A DNA stretch of 64,000 nt, taken from Pseudomonadota bacterium (lineage in GTDB: Bacteria; Bdellovibrionota_C; UBA2361; OMII01). The stretch covers positions 96,001-160,000 of the forward strand of contig JAYPVM010000001.1 in NCBI GenBank assembly GCA_038134595.1, written 5' to 3'. Under the pieces are notes generated by a model. That model ran no database searches. It was not told the origin of the DNA and saw only the letters and a list, made by a program, of their open reading frames with translations. Position 1 is the first letter of the stretch, and every line of letters begins with the position of its first letter. Positions 41,007 to 53,892 of the stretch are shown in pieces. A program made the translations under genes and the position numbers.

Positions 41007-42122
41007 GTGTTTGTCTCTAAGATACGTTTTTATAACTTTAGAAACCTAAACGATCAAACAATCGAGTTTCACAACGGACCGGTTTACATAACGGGTCAAA
41101 ATGGAAACGGAAAAACAAATATCGTTGAAGGTTTGTATCTACTCTCAGGTTCTCGCTCCTTTCGGACGAGTTCACAGGCCGAACTTTTAAAGTGGGGGAG
41201 CGATGAGGCGTCTGTTTTTGGAAACGTTGTGTCCAATAACGGCGAGGGTGAACTGGGGATTTCGTTTTCTAAAACCGGTCGCAAAGCCTATCGAAACGGC
41301 GATCAACTACAATCTGTATCGGATATCGTTGGTTCGTGTGGTGTGATCTCATTTGATCCATCGGACTTGTCATTGGTAAAAGGCGCTCCTTCGGGCAGGA
41401 GGAAGTTTTTAGATAGACACATGGTAGACCTTAACCCAGGCTTTTTAAGCACCATTATGGGCTACCAGCGGGCTCTAGCTAGTAAGAACACCCTACTAAA
41501 GGAGATTTCTGTTGAGAGGAATCAGATAAGCTCATGGAATGAGTTATTAACAGGTTTTAGTGTAAAACTTGTGGAAAATAGATGTAAGTTCATAAAATTA
41601 CTAGGTGATTTTGCCTGTGGATTTCACAGTAAGTTTGCCGGAAGAGATGGAAGTTTGGAATTGTCTCTAGAATCAAACTTTACCGATGATGGTGGTAAGG
41701 TTTTAGCTGAGAATAACATTCGCGCTCAATTTGAGAGGGTTAGAGATAGAGAGCTTGCTATGCGCTCCTCTGTCGTAGGGCCCCATAAGGATGATGTTGC
41801 CATAACTCTTTCAGGTACAGATAGTCGCGCGTTCGCCTCTCAGGGACAAACGAGGAGCATTGTTTTAGCCCTTAAATTGGCCGTTATCCAGATGCTTGAG
41901 GATGCAATCGGAGAGGAGCCTATTGTGATACTCGATGACGTTGATTCGGAATTAGATGAGTCTAGGAGAGAGCTTTTGTATAATGCGCTGGTTACCAGAA
42001 AAAGACAGATTTTTATTACTGGTACGGAGAAACCGTCTGAAAAAATGCTATCACTTCTTAATACCCAGGTGCAGGTTGTATCGATAGAGGCTGGGGATAT
42101 TAAATATAGTGAGATCAGTTAG
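41007..42122 (+). CDS. recF: DNA replication/repair protein RecF
   Basis: NFRN, GQNGNGKTN, GPHKDD, SQGQ and ILDDVDSELD. Confidence 0.94.
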   Translation: MFVSKIRFYNFRNLNDQTIEFHNGPVYITGQNGNGKTNIVEGLYLLSGSRSFRTSSQAELLKWGSDEASVFGNVVSNNGEGELGISFSKTGRKAYRNGDQLQSVSDIVGSCGVISFDPSDLSLVKGAPSGRRKFLDRHMVDLNPGFLSTIMGYQRALASKNTLLKEISVERNQISSWNELLTGFSVKLVENRCKFIKLLGDFACGFHSKFAGRDGSLELSLESNFTDDGGKVLAENNIRAQFERVRDRELAMRSSVVGPHKDDVAITLSGTDSRAFASQGQTRSIVLALKLAVIQMLEDAIGEEPIVILDDVDSELDESRRELLYNALVTRKRQIFITGTEKPSEKMLSLLNTQVQVVSIEAGDIKYSEIS

Positions 42123-42258
42123 TTGTGTGTGTTATACCCTAGTTTTCAACAGTTTGAAGTTAGGCGCACCAGTGGGGTAATCAAGAGAGATTGGTGTGGG
42201 AATGTAAAAAGTGTATAATTACAAGCATTTATAATTATAAAAATTAAATCTTTACTCT

Positions 42259-44762
<2,504 letters not shown>

Positions 44763-44778
44763 GGTCTACAACTTAATC

Positions 44779-45366
44779 CTATAAAGTATTAGGATCTGGT
44801 TTTTGCTCTACAGGCTCTTGATTTTGTACTTGCGGTCTAGCCCTGTTGTTGGCGGCAAAACTACGAAGCTCCTTCAGTGTTGCCATTGGATTTTCTGCTA
44901 TCTTTCGAAAAGCCGTCTTAAAGGCTCGCATAGCAGAGTCATTATCCTTTTTGGTAACGTTATCCATGTTGACATTGTCTTTAATTGAATCTAACTGGGA
45001 GAGGCCGAGGCTTGTCCTGCGTATCTTCTTAAACATTCCACGTGTAATTGCTTTCGCCTTTCTAAGGCCTTGCAGGATATTTCGTGTGACATCGAGCACT
45101 GTGTATCTCGGGTCTGTTTTAGAGGCTATAGCTTCGTGTATTCCCTCCTTAAACTTAGACATAAACTCAGCGGCAAGTTCTGGGTTTTGTGCCTCTAATT
45201 GAAGGTATGTGAAAGCCGCAAATAGCTCTTGTTCATCTACCCTGGTATTTTCGGTTATAGGCTGTTGAGCGGCTCCTTCTGGGGTTCTTAGTTCAGCGAC
45301 AGTTTGCATAATGTCGCTCTCTGAGAATTGCGGTATTTTGGTGCCTTGGGTGGTTGAGGTTTCCAT
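44779..45366 (-). CDS. Hypothetical protein
   Basis: 195-aa ORF with an AAGGAG RBS. Confidence 0.65.
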   Translation of the reverse strand: METSTTQGTKIPQFSESDIMQTVAELRTPEGAAQQPITENTRVDEQELFAAFTYLQLEAQNPELAAEFMSKFKEGIHEAIASKTDPRYTVLDVTRNILQGLRKAKAITRGMFKKIRRTSLGLSQLDSIKDNVNMDNVTKKDNDSAMRAFKTAFRKIAENPMATLKELRSFAANNRARPQVQNQEPVEQKPDPNTL

Positions 45367-45667
45367 ATATATAGAGCTCCTTTAGTGTTTTTGATTTGTT
45401 ATCGAAAAACGCCACGGTTTGTTTCCCACCTGCTTGAAAACCAATTCTTTAACCTGTATTCAGTATGTTATGGGTGATCTGAGTAGGGATAACGGGTCAT
45501 AGTTGACCTATAAGTTTTGGTTGGGTAATCTCTTCGCTCTGTAGTAAGCCTAGATTTGGCAAGTATCCTTGAACAAACGTACCGCAAAAGGTCCGGTGTA
45601 ACAGAAGGGGCTACGGTAAACACGATTTCTGATAGAGCAGTAAGAGAGAGAAAGAGAGGAGTACAAC

Positions 45668-45790
45668 ATGCCATCACCAACAAAAAAGACTTGGGCAAGA
45701 AGGGACCATAGAGACGCTAAGAAGACAGCGAAAAGAAACAAAGACGCCAATAAGAAAAACGCTAAGAAGATAGCTGTTAATTCGCTGTAG
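45668..45790 (+). CDS. Small basic protein, 40 aa, absent from the ORF track
   Basis: MPSPTKKTWARRDHRDAKKTAKRNKDANKKNAKKIAVNSL; AGAGGAG RBS just upstream; sits in an otherwise empty gap. Confidence 0.65.
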   Translation: MPSPTKKTWARRDHRDAKKTAKRNKDANKKNAKKIAVNSL

Positions 45791-45896
45791 TTTAGAAGTT
45801 ATCAAAAACTAAATAACCATTGGAGTTACTCAAGAAACGCCGTGATGGTATTTGTTTTTGCTTCGTAGGCAGAGCGCGCGCCCTGGTTCTATTAGT

Positions 45897-46853
45897 TTAG
45901 AACCGGGGCTTGTTTGTATATCGGAACGGATTTTTGGGCCTTTCTCCCAAAAGTAGATCAATATAGCCCCTCACTTTTTTATAGCGTGCAAAAGCCTCCT
46001 CGGGTTCAAGGTGCTCGTATCGCTCAGATGTTCTCTCGGCTGTGGTGCCGTAAACGTGTTGTTCTAAAGCATCCACAGTGAAGGTAAATGTTTTTAAACC
46101 AGATGTAATATCGGCTGTTTTGTAAGAGATGTCGGTTTGAACCTGTCGGATAACGTGCTCTAAATTCTCTGAGGTAGTTGCATTGTCAGATTGTTCTTCT
46201 TTTAGAGAGAGAAGTTTTGTAAGGATTTGTAATCTATCGGCGCAGGCTTCTTCTAGAAGCCGTTTGTTTTCAACATACTCTTTGACAGTGTCTTCGACAG
46301 CAGCAACATGCTCGCTAAGCGTTTCGAGAAGGTGCCGTTTAGCTGGTGGGCAAAACTGATGTGCTTGGTTGATTAAAGACCGAGCACAACTAGCAAAGAG
46401 AGAGTATCCCTTTATATCCATTTTTCCCTTGGCGCTTGACTCAATGGGAGGAACGGGTATCTCATTAAAAACTGCTTGCAGGGTTGCGTCGCTGTTTTCG
46501 AGTAAACAGCCAAAGCCCTCGATTATCTGAGCGCTTAATTGCTTTGTAGCAATGGCATCTGCGGATAACCTTTCATTTAGGTGTTTTAAAACTTCAGTGC
46601 TAGTGGATAGTACCTCTTCTGTTTGGTCGAGTTGAGATTCTAGCTCAGAGTGTCTCGACGTAGTTTTACGTCGATTTTGCTGACTCACTGAGAGCACTCC
46701 TTCTAATTCTGTAACGTCGGCGAGAAGAGAGCGAAGCCGCGCTGTTTCAGCCTCTGCAAATCGAAGCTCATCGGAGGGTAACGTTTCATTCCGTAGTGCT
46801 CGAAGGGTAGCTATCTCTTGCCCCCTGTTTTCGGGATTGTTTTCTAACTCCAC
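45897..46853 (-). CDS. Hypothetical coiled-coil-rich protein
   Basis: 318-aa ORF rich in E/L/Q heptad-like stretches; no family recognised. Confidence 0.6.
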   Translation of the reverse strand: MELENNPENRGQEIATLRALRNETLPSDELRFAEAETARLRSLLADVTELEGVLSVSQQNRRKTTSRHSELESQLDQTEEVLSTSTEVLKHLNERLSADAIATKQLSAQIIEGFGCLLENSDATLQAVFNEIPVPPIESSAKGKMDIKGYSLFASCARSLINQAHQFCPPAKRHLLETLSEHVAAVEDTVKEYVENKRLLEEACADRLQILTKLLSLKEEQSDNATTSENLEHVIRQVQTDISYKTADITSGLKTFTFTVDALEQHVYGTTAERTSERYEHLEPEEAFARYKKVRGYIDLLLGERPKNPFRYTNKPRF

Positions 46854-47125
46854 ACACAGCTCTAATAATACGTCGTTTTATATGAGTGTAAACCATCTCA
46901 GCGCTTAGTCAATATTGGTTTTGTGTTTTGAGGAAAAGTCAGGAGAAGAGAGGTCCCCCTTCCCGCTTTCTGACAACGAAATGTGGAATAGGGCGAAATA
47001 TTTGCCCTAGGAGCGGAGGTGTTTTGAGTTTATAAGTTGTCTTCGAGAGTCGTGCTGGCAGATTTTGGGGAACGGCAGACAGCAGATAGATATTTATTGA
47101 CTAGGGGCATCTAGGAGCTTTTAGA

Positions 47126-48577
47126 GTGTTATTATTTGCTATCGGGATATATTTAATCGGAACTATTTCGCTTGGATTATATGCAAGTAAGCGAGTTACC
47201 GGTGCAAAAGATTTTATGGTGGCGGGTAGGTCATTGCCACTCTATATGAATTTTACATGCGTATTCGCCACGTGGTTTGGAGCAGAGACGCTTCTTTCGG
47301 TTTCAGCAACGTTTGCAAGAGATGGTTTAGAAGGAGTTTCCGGAGACCCTTTCGGCGCAGGTTTTTGCTTGGCGATAGTGGGAATTCTGTTTGCGCGCGC
47401 ATTCTATAAAATGAATCTCCTTACAATTGGTGATTTCTATCGGGAGCGCTACGGGCGGCCTGTAGAGGTGTGCACTTCATTGGCAATAGCAGTTAGCTAC
47501 CTAGGATGGACATCTGCTCAGATGACTGCCTTGGGATTGGTTATGTATGTTTTAGCAGACGGTTCGATATCATTGAATCAGGCGATAGTGATTGGAGCTA
47601 TAGTGGTTTCTGTCTATACGCTTTTTGGTGGGATGTGGTCGGTCGCACTTACTGATTTGATGCAGACCGGTGCGATTATAGTAGGCCTTCTTTTTGTTGC
47701 GTATTTTTTGGCAGAGCAAGCAGATGGCGTAGCAAACGTTATTGCTCAAGCGAGAAGCGCTGGTAAGCTAAGAGTTTTTCCCGCAGGAGGATATGTTCAA
47801 TGGATTCCCTTTGTATCTGCCTTTATTACGTTTGCGCTTGGTAGTATTCCGCAACAGGATGTTTTTCAAAGGGTGACGAGCGCACGGGATGCGAAAACCG
47901 CTGTACGAGGAACACTTTTGGGGGGAGCGTGCTATTTTGTCTTTGCGTTTGTTCCTATGTTTATTGCATATGCAGCAATTGTTATTGATCCCTCGTACGT
48001 TGCGCTTTTTGCGAGTGAAGATACAAGAGAGATTCAAAGTATATTGCCCGATCTAATTCTCAGGAAAACACCGGTGTGGACACAGGTTCTTTTTTTTGGG
48101 GCCCTGCTGTCGGCAATTTTATCGACCGCAAGTGGCACCCTGCTCGCCCCATCAAGCTTATTTGCTGAAAACGTGATTCGACCTTTTGTACGAGAGGTTG
48201 ATGATCGAGAACTGTTATGGATAGCTCGAATTGTACTGGTCATTTTTGCAGTCGCTGCTACAGGCTTTGCGGTTAACTCAACGAGTACGATGTATGAGAT
48301 GGTTCAGAGTGCTTATAAGGTCACACTTGTAGGAGCATTTGTGCCGCTCGCAAGTGGGGTTTTTTGGAAGAGATCTTCGACGGGGGGCGCGGTGGCTTCG
48401 ATTGGATGTGGCCTCCTTGTGTGGTTGTTGTGCGAACACTATGTGTATGGGCAAGGCAACAGTTTTTGGAGCGTTGTTGAGCCACAACTCTATGGATTGC
48501 TTGCCGCCGTTATAGGAATGATTTTGGGAAGCACTTTGCTTCCGGGCAAAAGGCTCTGTTTGCGAGGAGCGCAGTAG
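47126..48577 (+). CDS. Sodium:solute symporter family protein
   Basis: DFMVAGRSL, ATWFGAE, YTLFGGMWSVALTD, GSIPQQDVFQRV and SAILSTAS; many TM helices. Confidence 0.9.
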   Translation: MLLFAIGIYLIGTISLGLYASKRVTGAKDFMVAGRSLPLYMNFTCVFATWFGAETLLSVSATFARDGLEGVSGDPFGAGFCLAIVGILFARAFYKMNLLTIGDFYRERYGRPVEVCTSLAIAVSYLGWTSAQMTALGLVMYVLADGSISLNQAIVIGAIVVSVYTLFGGMWSVALTDLMQTGAIIVGLLFVAYFLAEQADGVANVIAQARSAGKLRVFPAGGYVQWIPFVSAFITFALGSIPQQDVFQRVTSARDAKTAVRGTLLGGACYFVFAFVPMFIAYAAIVIDPSYVALFASEDTREIQSILPDLILRKTPVWTQVLFFGALLSAILSTASGTLLAPSSLFAENVIRPFVREVDDRELLWIARIVLVIFAVAATGFAVNSTSTMYEMVQSAYKVTLVGAFVPLASGVFWKRSSTGGAVASIGCGLLVWLLCEHYVYGQGNSFWSVVEPQLYGLLAAVIGMILGSTLLPGKRLCLRGAQ

Positions 48578-48623
48578 TCGTAAAAATTGGGGCAAATGTT
48601 TGAGTTCAAAAGTATGCCAAAAG

Positions 48624-50081
48624 CTACGTTCCACAAAAGGTCTTGTATCCCTTCCATTCCGGAGGAGGCGGGGTGTGAAATACTTCTGTTGCCGGCACTT
48701 CGGTATACGGGGCTCGCAAAAAAGAGAGCAACTTGTCTAACTCCTTGGAGTCTAGCGTTTGTTGGCATGTAGAAAGTACTTTTTCAACAATATGGTTTCG
48801 GGGGATGTAGAGAGGGTTTGTTTGTTTCATGGCCGAGAACGTCGCATCAGTGGAGCGCTTGTTTTTTGACAGGTGTATTCGATCGATCCATTTTTTGTGC
48901 CAGTGAGAGAGCGCGTGATTAGGCTCAAGGGGTAGTGAAGATTCAGAGATGAGTCTAAACGATTGGGTGAAATCTAACTTGTTAGAAAAGAGAAGGTTTA
49001 AGAAATCAGTTGCTAATTCAGCGTCCTCTGGTTGCGTCGTGTTTAACCCAAGTTTTGCTCGTATGCCCAAATGCCAGTCGGCGTGGAAAACGGTTTCGAA
49101 ATGTTGTAGGAGATCTCGTGCTTTCTCCAGCGCTTTTGTTGTGTCGTCGTCTAGAAGAAACAGAACGGTCTCAAGAAAACGAGCGAGGTTCCAGTGCATG
49201 ATTGAGGGTTGTGCTCCATAGGCATATCGGGCGTTGACGTCAATTGAGCTAAATACCGTGGCGGGATCGTAGGTGTCTATAAAAGCACAGGGGCCGAAAT
49301 CGATGCTTTGGCCGGAGATGGTGATGTTGTCTGTATTGAGTACCCCGTGAATAAACCCCACGTGCAGCCATTGAGAGACGAGAGAAGCCGTTCTTTCAAT
49401 GAAACGTTTGCAAAATGAATAGACCGGATCGGGAGCCTCTTGGCACTCGGGATAGTGACGAGAAATGCAGTAATTGACGAGTTGTTCGATAGCGGCGTGT
49501 TCAGAACGCGCGTGGAGATACTCGAAGGTTCCGATTCTAATATGACTTTTTGCTACCCTTGTCAGGATAGCGCCGATGAGGGGCTTTTCTCTCTGTATAG
49601 ATTCCCCAGTGATCGTTACAGCGAGCGCTCGGGTAGTTGGAATTCCTACAGCAGAGAGAAATTCACCGACAATATATTCCCGAACCATGGGACCTAAGGC
49701 GGCTCTACCGTCTCCACCTCGCGAAAATTTGGTGCGACCGCTACCTTTAAGTTGTATGTCGTAGAGCTCTCCATTAGAGAGGCGATGTTCTCCTAAAAGA
49801 AGGGCTCGACCATCTCCTAGACTTGGCACGAATCGACCAAATTGGTGACCAGCATACGCTTGTGCGATTGGCGTTGTGTTCGGCGGAGCGGAATTTCCTG
49901 ACAGCCATGACAGTCCGATAGAACTTCTTAGAATCGACTCATCTAGCTCGAGAAGTTTTACAAGAGGCGTATTGATAGCCAGAAGTGATGGGTTTTCGAC
50001 GGGGGTGGCGCGGGTGTGTTCAAAGAGGAGTTCTGGAAGAGAAGTAAATGACTTCTCTAATGGCCACGAGGGTGCACTCAT
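48624..50081 (-). CDS. selO: Protein adenylyltransferase SelO (YdiU)
   Basis: AYAGHQFG, LGDGRA, QLKGSG.T.FSRGGDGRA, GFIHGVLNTDN, IDFGP and C-terminal TFCGT. Confidence 0.93.
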   Translation of the reverse strand: MSAPSWPLEKSFTSLPELLFEHTRATPVENPSLLAINTPLVKLLELDESILRSSIGLSWLSGNSAPPNTTPIAQAYAGHQFGRFVPSLGDGRALLLGEHRLSNGELYDIQLKGSGRTKFSRGGDGRAALGPMVREYIVGEFLSAVGIPTTRALAVTITGESIQREKPLIGAILTRVAKSHIRIGTFEYLHARSEHAAIEQLVNYCISRHYPECQEAPDPVYSFCKRFIERTASLVSQWLHVGFIHGVLNTDNITISGQSIDFGPCAFIDTYDPATVFSSIDVNARYAYGAQPSIMHWNLARFLETVLFLLDDDTTKALEKARDLLQHFETVFHADWHLGIRAKLGLNTTQPEDAELATDFLNLLFSNKLDFTQSFRLISESSLPLEPNHALSHWHKKWIDRIHLSKNKRSTDATFSAMKQTNPLYIPRNHIVEKVLSTCQQTLDSKELDKLLSFLRAPYTEVPATEVFHTPPPPEWKGYKTFCGT

Positions 50082-50161
50082 AGGAAGAAGGTTCCTTTAA
50101 AGGTTAGGGCCAAACGAGAGCGAGGCTCGTTGTAGAAGCAATGCCGTGTGCTTGAAAAAGC

Positions 50162-50566
50162 CTAGGCAGCAGCACCCATAGCACATCGTCCGACAAATAC
50201 AGCACCAGGCTCTATTCGTATGCTTGGGGTTGTAACGTCACCTTCTACCTGAGCGGATTTCAAGATAGCAAGTGAACCTTTTGCAAGTGAATTCCCCTTG
50301 AGCTGTCCTTCAATAACAATGTCGCTTGCCACAAGCCTTCCTGTTACGGATCCTGTAGCTGCGACGATTAGCTTGCCTTCGCACGATATCTCCCCTTCTA
50401 CGGAACCGGCTATAACGATATCGGCGGATGATTTTATATCACCAGTGACCGTTGTGCCTACGCTGACAAGCGTTGCGTTGCCAGCGGTGGCGGCTGCCGT
50501 CGAGCCGCCAACTGCCCCCAAGGTAAACTTACCGGTTACTGCTGTTGATTCTGCTGTTGTTGCCAT
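50162..50566 (-). CDS. Bactofilin (polymer-forming cytoskeletal protein)
   Basis: Beta-helix repeats TTVTGDI, GSVEGEI, GSVTGRL, AQVEGDV and IEPGAVFVGRC. Confidence 0.9.
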   Translation of the reverse strand: MATTAESTAVTGKFTLGAVGGSTAAATAGNATLVSVGTTVTGDIKSSADIVIAGSVEGEISCEGKLIVAATGSVTGRLVASDIVIEGQLKGNSLAKGSLAILKSAQVEGDVTTPSIRIEPGAVFVGRCAMGAAA

Positions 50567-50568
50567 GG

Positions 50569-51636
50569 TTAGTTTCCTCCATTCTCAAGTAAAATCTGAG
50601 CTAGGCGATCAAGCTCTTCTTCAGAGAAGAAGTGAAGCTCGATTTGTCCACCTTTTCGTTTCTTATGCACGGTGACTTTTGTTCCAAGGGCGTTTCTCAA
50701 TCGCTCTTCTAGATCTGGATATTGAGAGGTCGAGCCTGTTTGTTTGCCTCCCCCAGTTGATCGCTTCGTTTTTGTTTCTAATACAACTTCCCTTGATACT
50801 ATTGCTTCGATAGCTCGTACGGTTAGGTTTTCAGCGATTATCTTGTTTGCGAGCCCAATTTGAGCACTCGGTTCCTTGACGGTTAATATTGCTTTTGCAT
50901 GGCCAGTAGAGATCTTTCCTTCTTTTAGAAGGGTTTGAACCACAGTTGGTAAGCGCAACAAGCGGGTAAAGTTCGATACTGTTGCACGGTCCTTTCCTAC
51001 CCTTTCGGCTACTTCCTGTGTTGTTAGTGAAAACTGATCCATTAAGCGCTGGTAGCCCGCGGCCTCTTCTATCGGGTTAAGTTGTTGTCGTTGAATGTTT
51101 TCGACCATCGCAATTTCAAAGGCTTCCTGTTCGGAGATGTCTCGAATTAAGACAGGAACCTCTTGTAGTCCCGCCCTCGTTGCGGCACGAAAGCGGCGCT
51201 CGCCAGCAATGATTTCATAGTTTCCTCCGCGGGAGCGAACGATAATGGGTTGAATTACACCGAGTGCTTTTATCGAGTCGGAAAGTTCTGATATTTCCCC
51301 TTCTGAAAATTCTTGCCGTGGTTGCTCGGGATTCGTTTTAATTTGTGAGATCGGCAAAAATGTTGGAGAGGATGTTTTTTTGTCTGGTTGAGCACTAACT
51401 GGTTTTGGTGAAGTTTCTACTGATGCGTTTGTGTAATCGGGAGTTTTCGAAGTAGTAAGGATAGAATCGAGATTGGAAGCAGCTTCGGGGTTGACCACGG
51501 TCTTTACAGCGGTTGTTGCTGCAGTTGCAGTCGGTGTTGGAATCGGAGTAGATGAAACCAGAGCGCTTAGTCCCCTACCAAGAGCCATTCGTGAGTGCTT
51601 CTTTTTTGATGTTTGGTTTTCAGGTTCTTGTGTCAT
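50569..51636 (-). CDS. parB: Chromosome partitioning protein ParB
   Basis: ALGRGLSAL, QPR, GERRFRA (CTPase box), ENIQR, HTH GKDRATVSN and STGHAK. Confidence 0.96.
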   Translation of the reverse strand: MTQEPENQTSKKKHSRMALGRGLSALVSSTPIPTPTATAATTAVKTVVNPEAASNLDSILTTSKTPDYTNASVETSPKPVSAQPDKKTSSPTFLPISQIKTNPEQPRQEFSEGEISELSDSIKALGVIQPIIVRSRGGNYEIIAGERRFRAATRAGLQEVPVLIRDISEQEAFEIAMVENIQRQQLNPIEEAAGYQRLMDQFSLTTQEVAERVGKDRATVSNFTRLLRLPTVVQTLLKEGKISTGHAKAILTVKEPSAQIGLANKIIAENLTVRAIEAIVSREVVLETKTKRSTGGGKQTGSTSQYPDLEERLRNALGTKVTVHKKRKGGQIELHFFSEEELDRLAQILLENGGN

Positions 51637-51674
51637 ACGTAATCTCCGGATGGGCGTTTTATATAAAGTACATT

Positions 51675-52496
51675 TTAAGCTGCGGCTTCGTTAGTGGTTG
51701 TTGGCGGTTCGTTTTGATTTGAATCGTCGTTTAATGCTAGCCGCTCGATGAGTTCAGCGGTTAGAGCCAAGTAGGCCTTCGCACCGGCGCTGTTTGCATC
51801 GTAGAGAGCGATCGGAAGGCCGTGACTCGGGCATTCTGATAGCCGGATGTTTCGGGGGATTCGAGCTCTAAAGAGCCTATCTTTAAAATGCGCTTCTGCT
51901 TCTTGGTAGACTTGAACTGAGAGGTTTGTTCGAGCGTCGTACATGGTCAGAAAGACTCCAAGCAACGCGAGTTCTGGATTAAACGTTTGTTGTACAAAGG
52001 TTATTGTTTTTAAGAGACCGGAGAGGCCCTCTAATGAATAATACTCGGCTTGTAATGGTACCAAAACCGATTGGGCGCACCCAAGGGCATTGAGGGTGAG
52101 AAGACCGGAGCTTGGAGGGCAGTCGATTATAACCACTTGATATTGCTGGGATATATCCCTGAGCGCGCTCTTTAAGATAAGCTCTCTTCCCGGAGTTTTG
52201 CCGATTTCGAGCTCGAGACTCACCAAGTCGTGTGACCCCGGTATTATAGAGAGATTCTTTATCGCAGTGGAAGAGATGATGGTGTCGAAAGCTATCTTGC
52301 CGAAGAAAGCGTCGTAGAGATCTCCTCCTTCGGATAGCTTAGAAACGCCCAACCCGCTTGTTGCACTTGCCTGTGGGTCGAAGTCGAGGAGGAGGACTTT
52401 AAATCCTAATAGGGCAAGTTGTGCAGAGAGGCTTACAGCGCTGGTTGTCTTTCCTACTCCGCCTTTTTGATTTGCGATAGCTATAATGTGGGACAT
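51675..52496 (-). CDS. parA: Chromosome partitioning ATPase ParA/Soj
   Basis: NQKGGVGKTT, DPQASAT, IDCPPS, QAEYY and IPRNIRLSECPSHG; start set at ATG 52496. Confidence 0.96.
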   Translation of the reverse strand: MSHIIAIANQKGGVGKTTSAVSLSAQLALLGFKVLLLDFDPQASATSGLGVSKLSEGGDLYDAFFGKIAFDTIISSTAIKNLSIIPGSHDLVSLELEIGKTPGRELILKSALRDISQQYQVVIIDCPPSSGLLTLNALGCAQSVLVPLQAEYYSLEGLSGLLKTITFVQQTFNPELALLGVFLTMYDARTNLSVQVYQEAEAHFKDRLFRARIPRNIRLSECPSHGLPIALYDANSAGAKAYLALTAELIERLALNDDSNQNEPPTTTNEAAA

Positions 52497-52573
52497 GGCA
52501 CGTAATTTTAATACTTTTGAAGTTGTACAGGTAACACGAAGGAGCGCGAGAAACAATAAAAAAGAAGGACTAG

Positions 52574-53808
52574 TGTTCCACGTGGAACTTTAATTGGGCA
52601 TATTGACCGATAAGGTTGTGATAAGCGCCGTGTTCCACGTGGAACACGACCAATAAAGCTAGTTAGAGGCGTATCTAGAGCGACGTGTGTTAAGGGTTGG
52701 GTTGATGTTCCACGTGGAACGTTTTCTAGACAATGTTGGATAGTGGAAGGCGTTAATCAAGATGATCGCCATTGCTCTGTTCTTGGCTTTTTGAAACCCC
52801 TATTTCCATTTTAAGGTCAGCGGCGTTTGAGAAAGACTCTCTACGGCTTAGGTTCCACGTGGAACATTTAGTTCTTTTAGGTGTGTTGGGCGATGTTGTC
52901 TTGGAGCAGTTGGCTGTGTTCCACGTGGAACAATCATAGGTGGTTTAAAGCTTTTTTTATAGCGCCGAGCTACTTTTGTCACTGGCATTTGGACTTCAAA
53001 TTGCCATCATGCATTGCCTGGGAGAGTGTTCCACGTGGAACATGGACTCCACCCAGAGTGTTAACTTATCACGACTTAGAACTCTTCGGTCGATTGTTGC
53101 GTTATTTGATTGCATAACAGTGCTTATGGATGTTCCATATGGAACTTTAAATCGCCTTAAGGGATGGAACATTGTCGAACCGAGGACGTTAGATAGTACT
53201 GTCTATGGAGAGATGCGCCCACTAGGTATTGTTTCCTTAGAGGTGTGCTAACGCCATTGCCGATCTAGAGCATGTTCCACGTGGAAGATTGCGGTAGTTC
53301 TGGTGCGCCAGGGCTTGCACGGTGGCTTGCTAGTGATTTTGTAAGATGAATGTTCCACGTGGAACACTGAGACTCTATGCGTGTGCCTAGATTTGGGTTT
53401 TCCGGGGCGGAGGCGGGCTTTTGCTGCTTACAAGGTCTTTTTTTGTTCCTTATAAGGCTGTTAGAGCATTATGCCGGTTTTTAGTTTTGTAAGGTGAGCA
53501 AGGTTTGCCTGAGATGCTGTATTAAGTAGGGAATATGTATTTACTACGCTAAGGGAAGGGAGACGCCCGCCTGTTCCACGTGGAACATTGAGTTCTACGA
53601 ACTTTTCTTGTTGAAGTCACAACTTTGTGTTCCACGTGGAACAGATAAAACGTTACCGCGAGAAGATAACGCCTTGGTTACCGGAGGCAGATCGGCGGAG
53701 CCAAAAAGTCGATGTAGGGTAACCGCATTATTAGTTCCAACCGGCGTATCCCGCCGACCATGCGCGACGCCTATGGGCATAAAGCCTCTAAATGTTCCAC
53801 GTGGAACA
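52574..53808. repeat. parS: Cluster of 12 parS palindromes (TGTTCCACGTGGAACA and close variants)
   Basis: 16-bp sites start at 52574, 52631, 52706, 52851, 52917, 53027, 53131 (ATAT core), 53273, 53351, 53572, 53628 and 53793; directly upstream of parAB. Confidence 0.95.
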
Positions 53809-53892
53809 GGCAGCTATTACTTGCTAATTAAGGTCATCCTGCCGATAGAAAACTTCTTCTTTTGGTGCATAAAAGCGCACTATCAATGGCCC

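Noticed and set aside
48624..48640. Selenocysteine in SelO
   Set aside because: The protein ends TFCGT-TAG with no in-frame TGA.
52574..53808. CRISPR array
   Set aside because: The repeat is only 16 bp, matches the parS consensus, is irregularly spaced (56-221 bp) and lies beside parAB; no cas genes are in the window.
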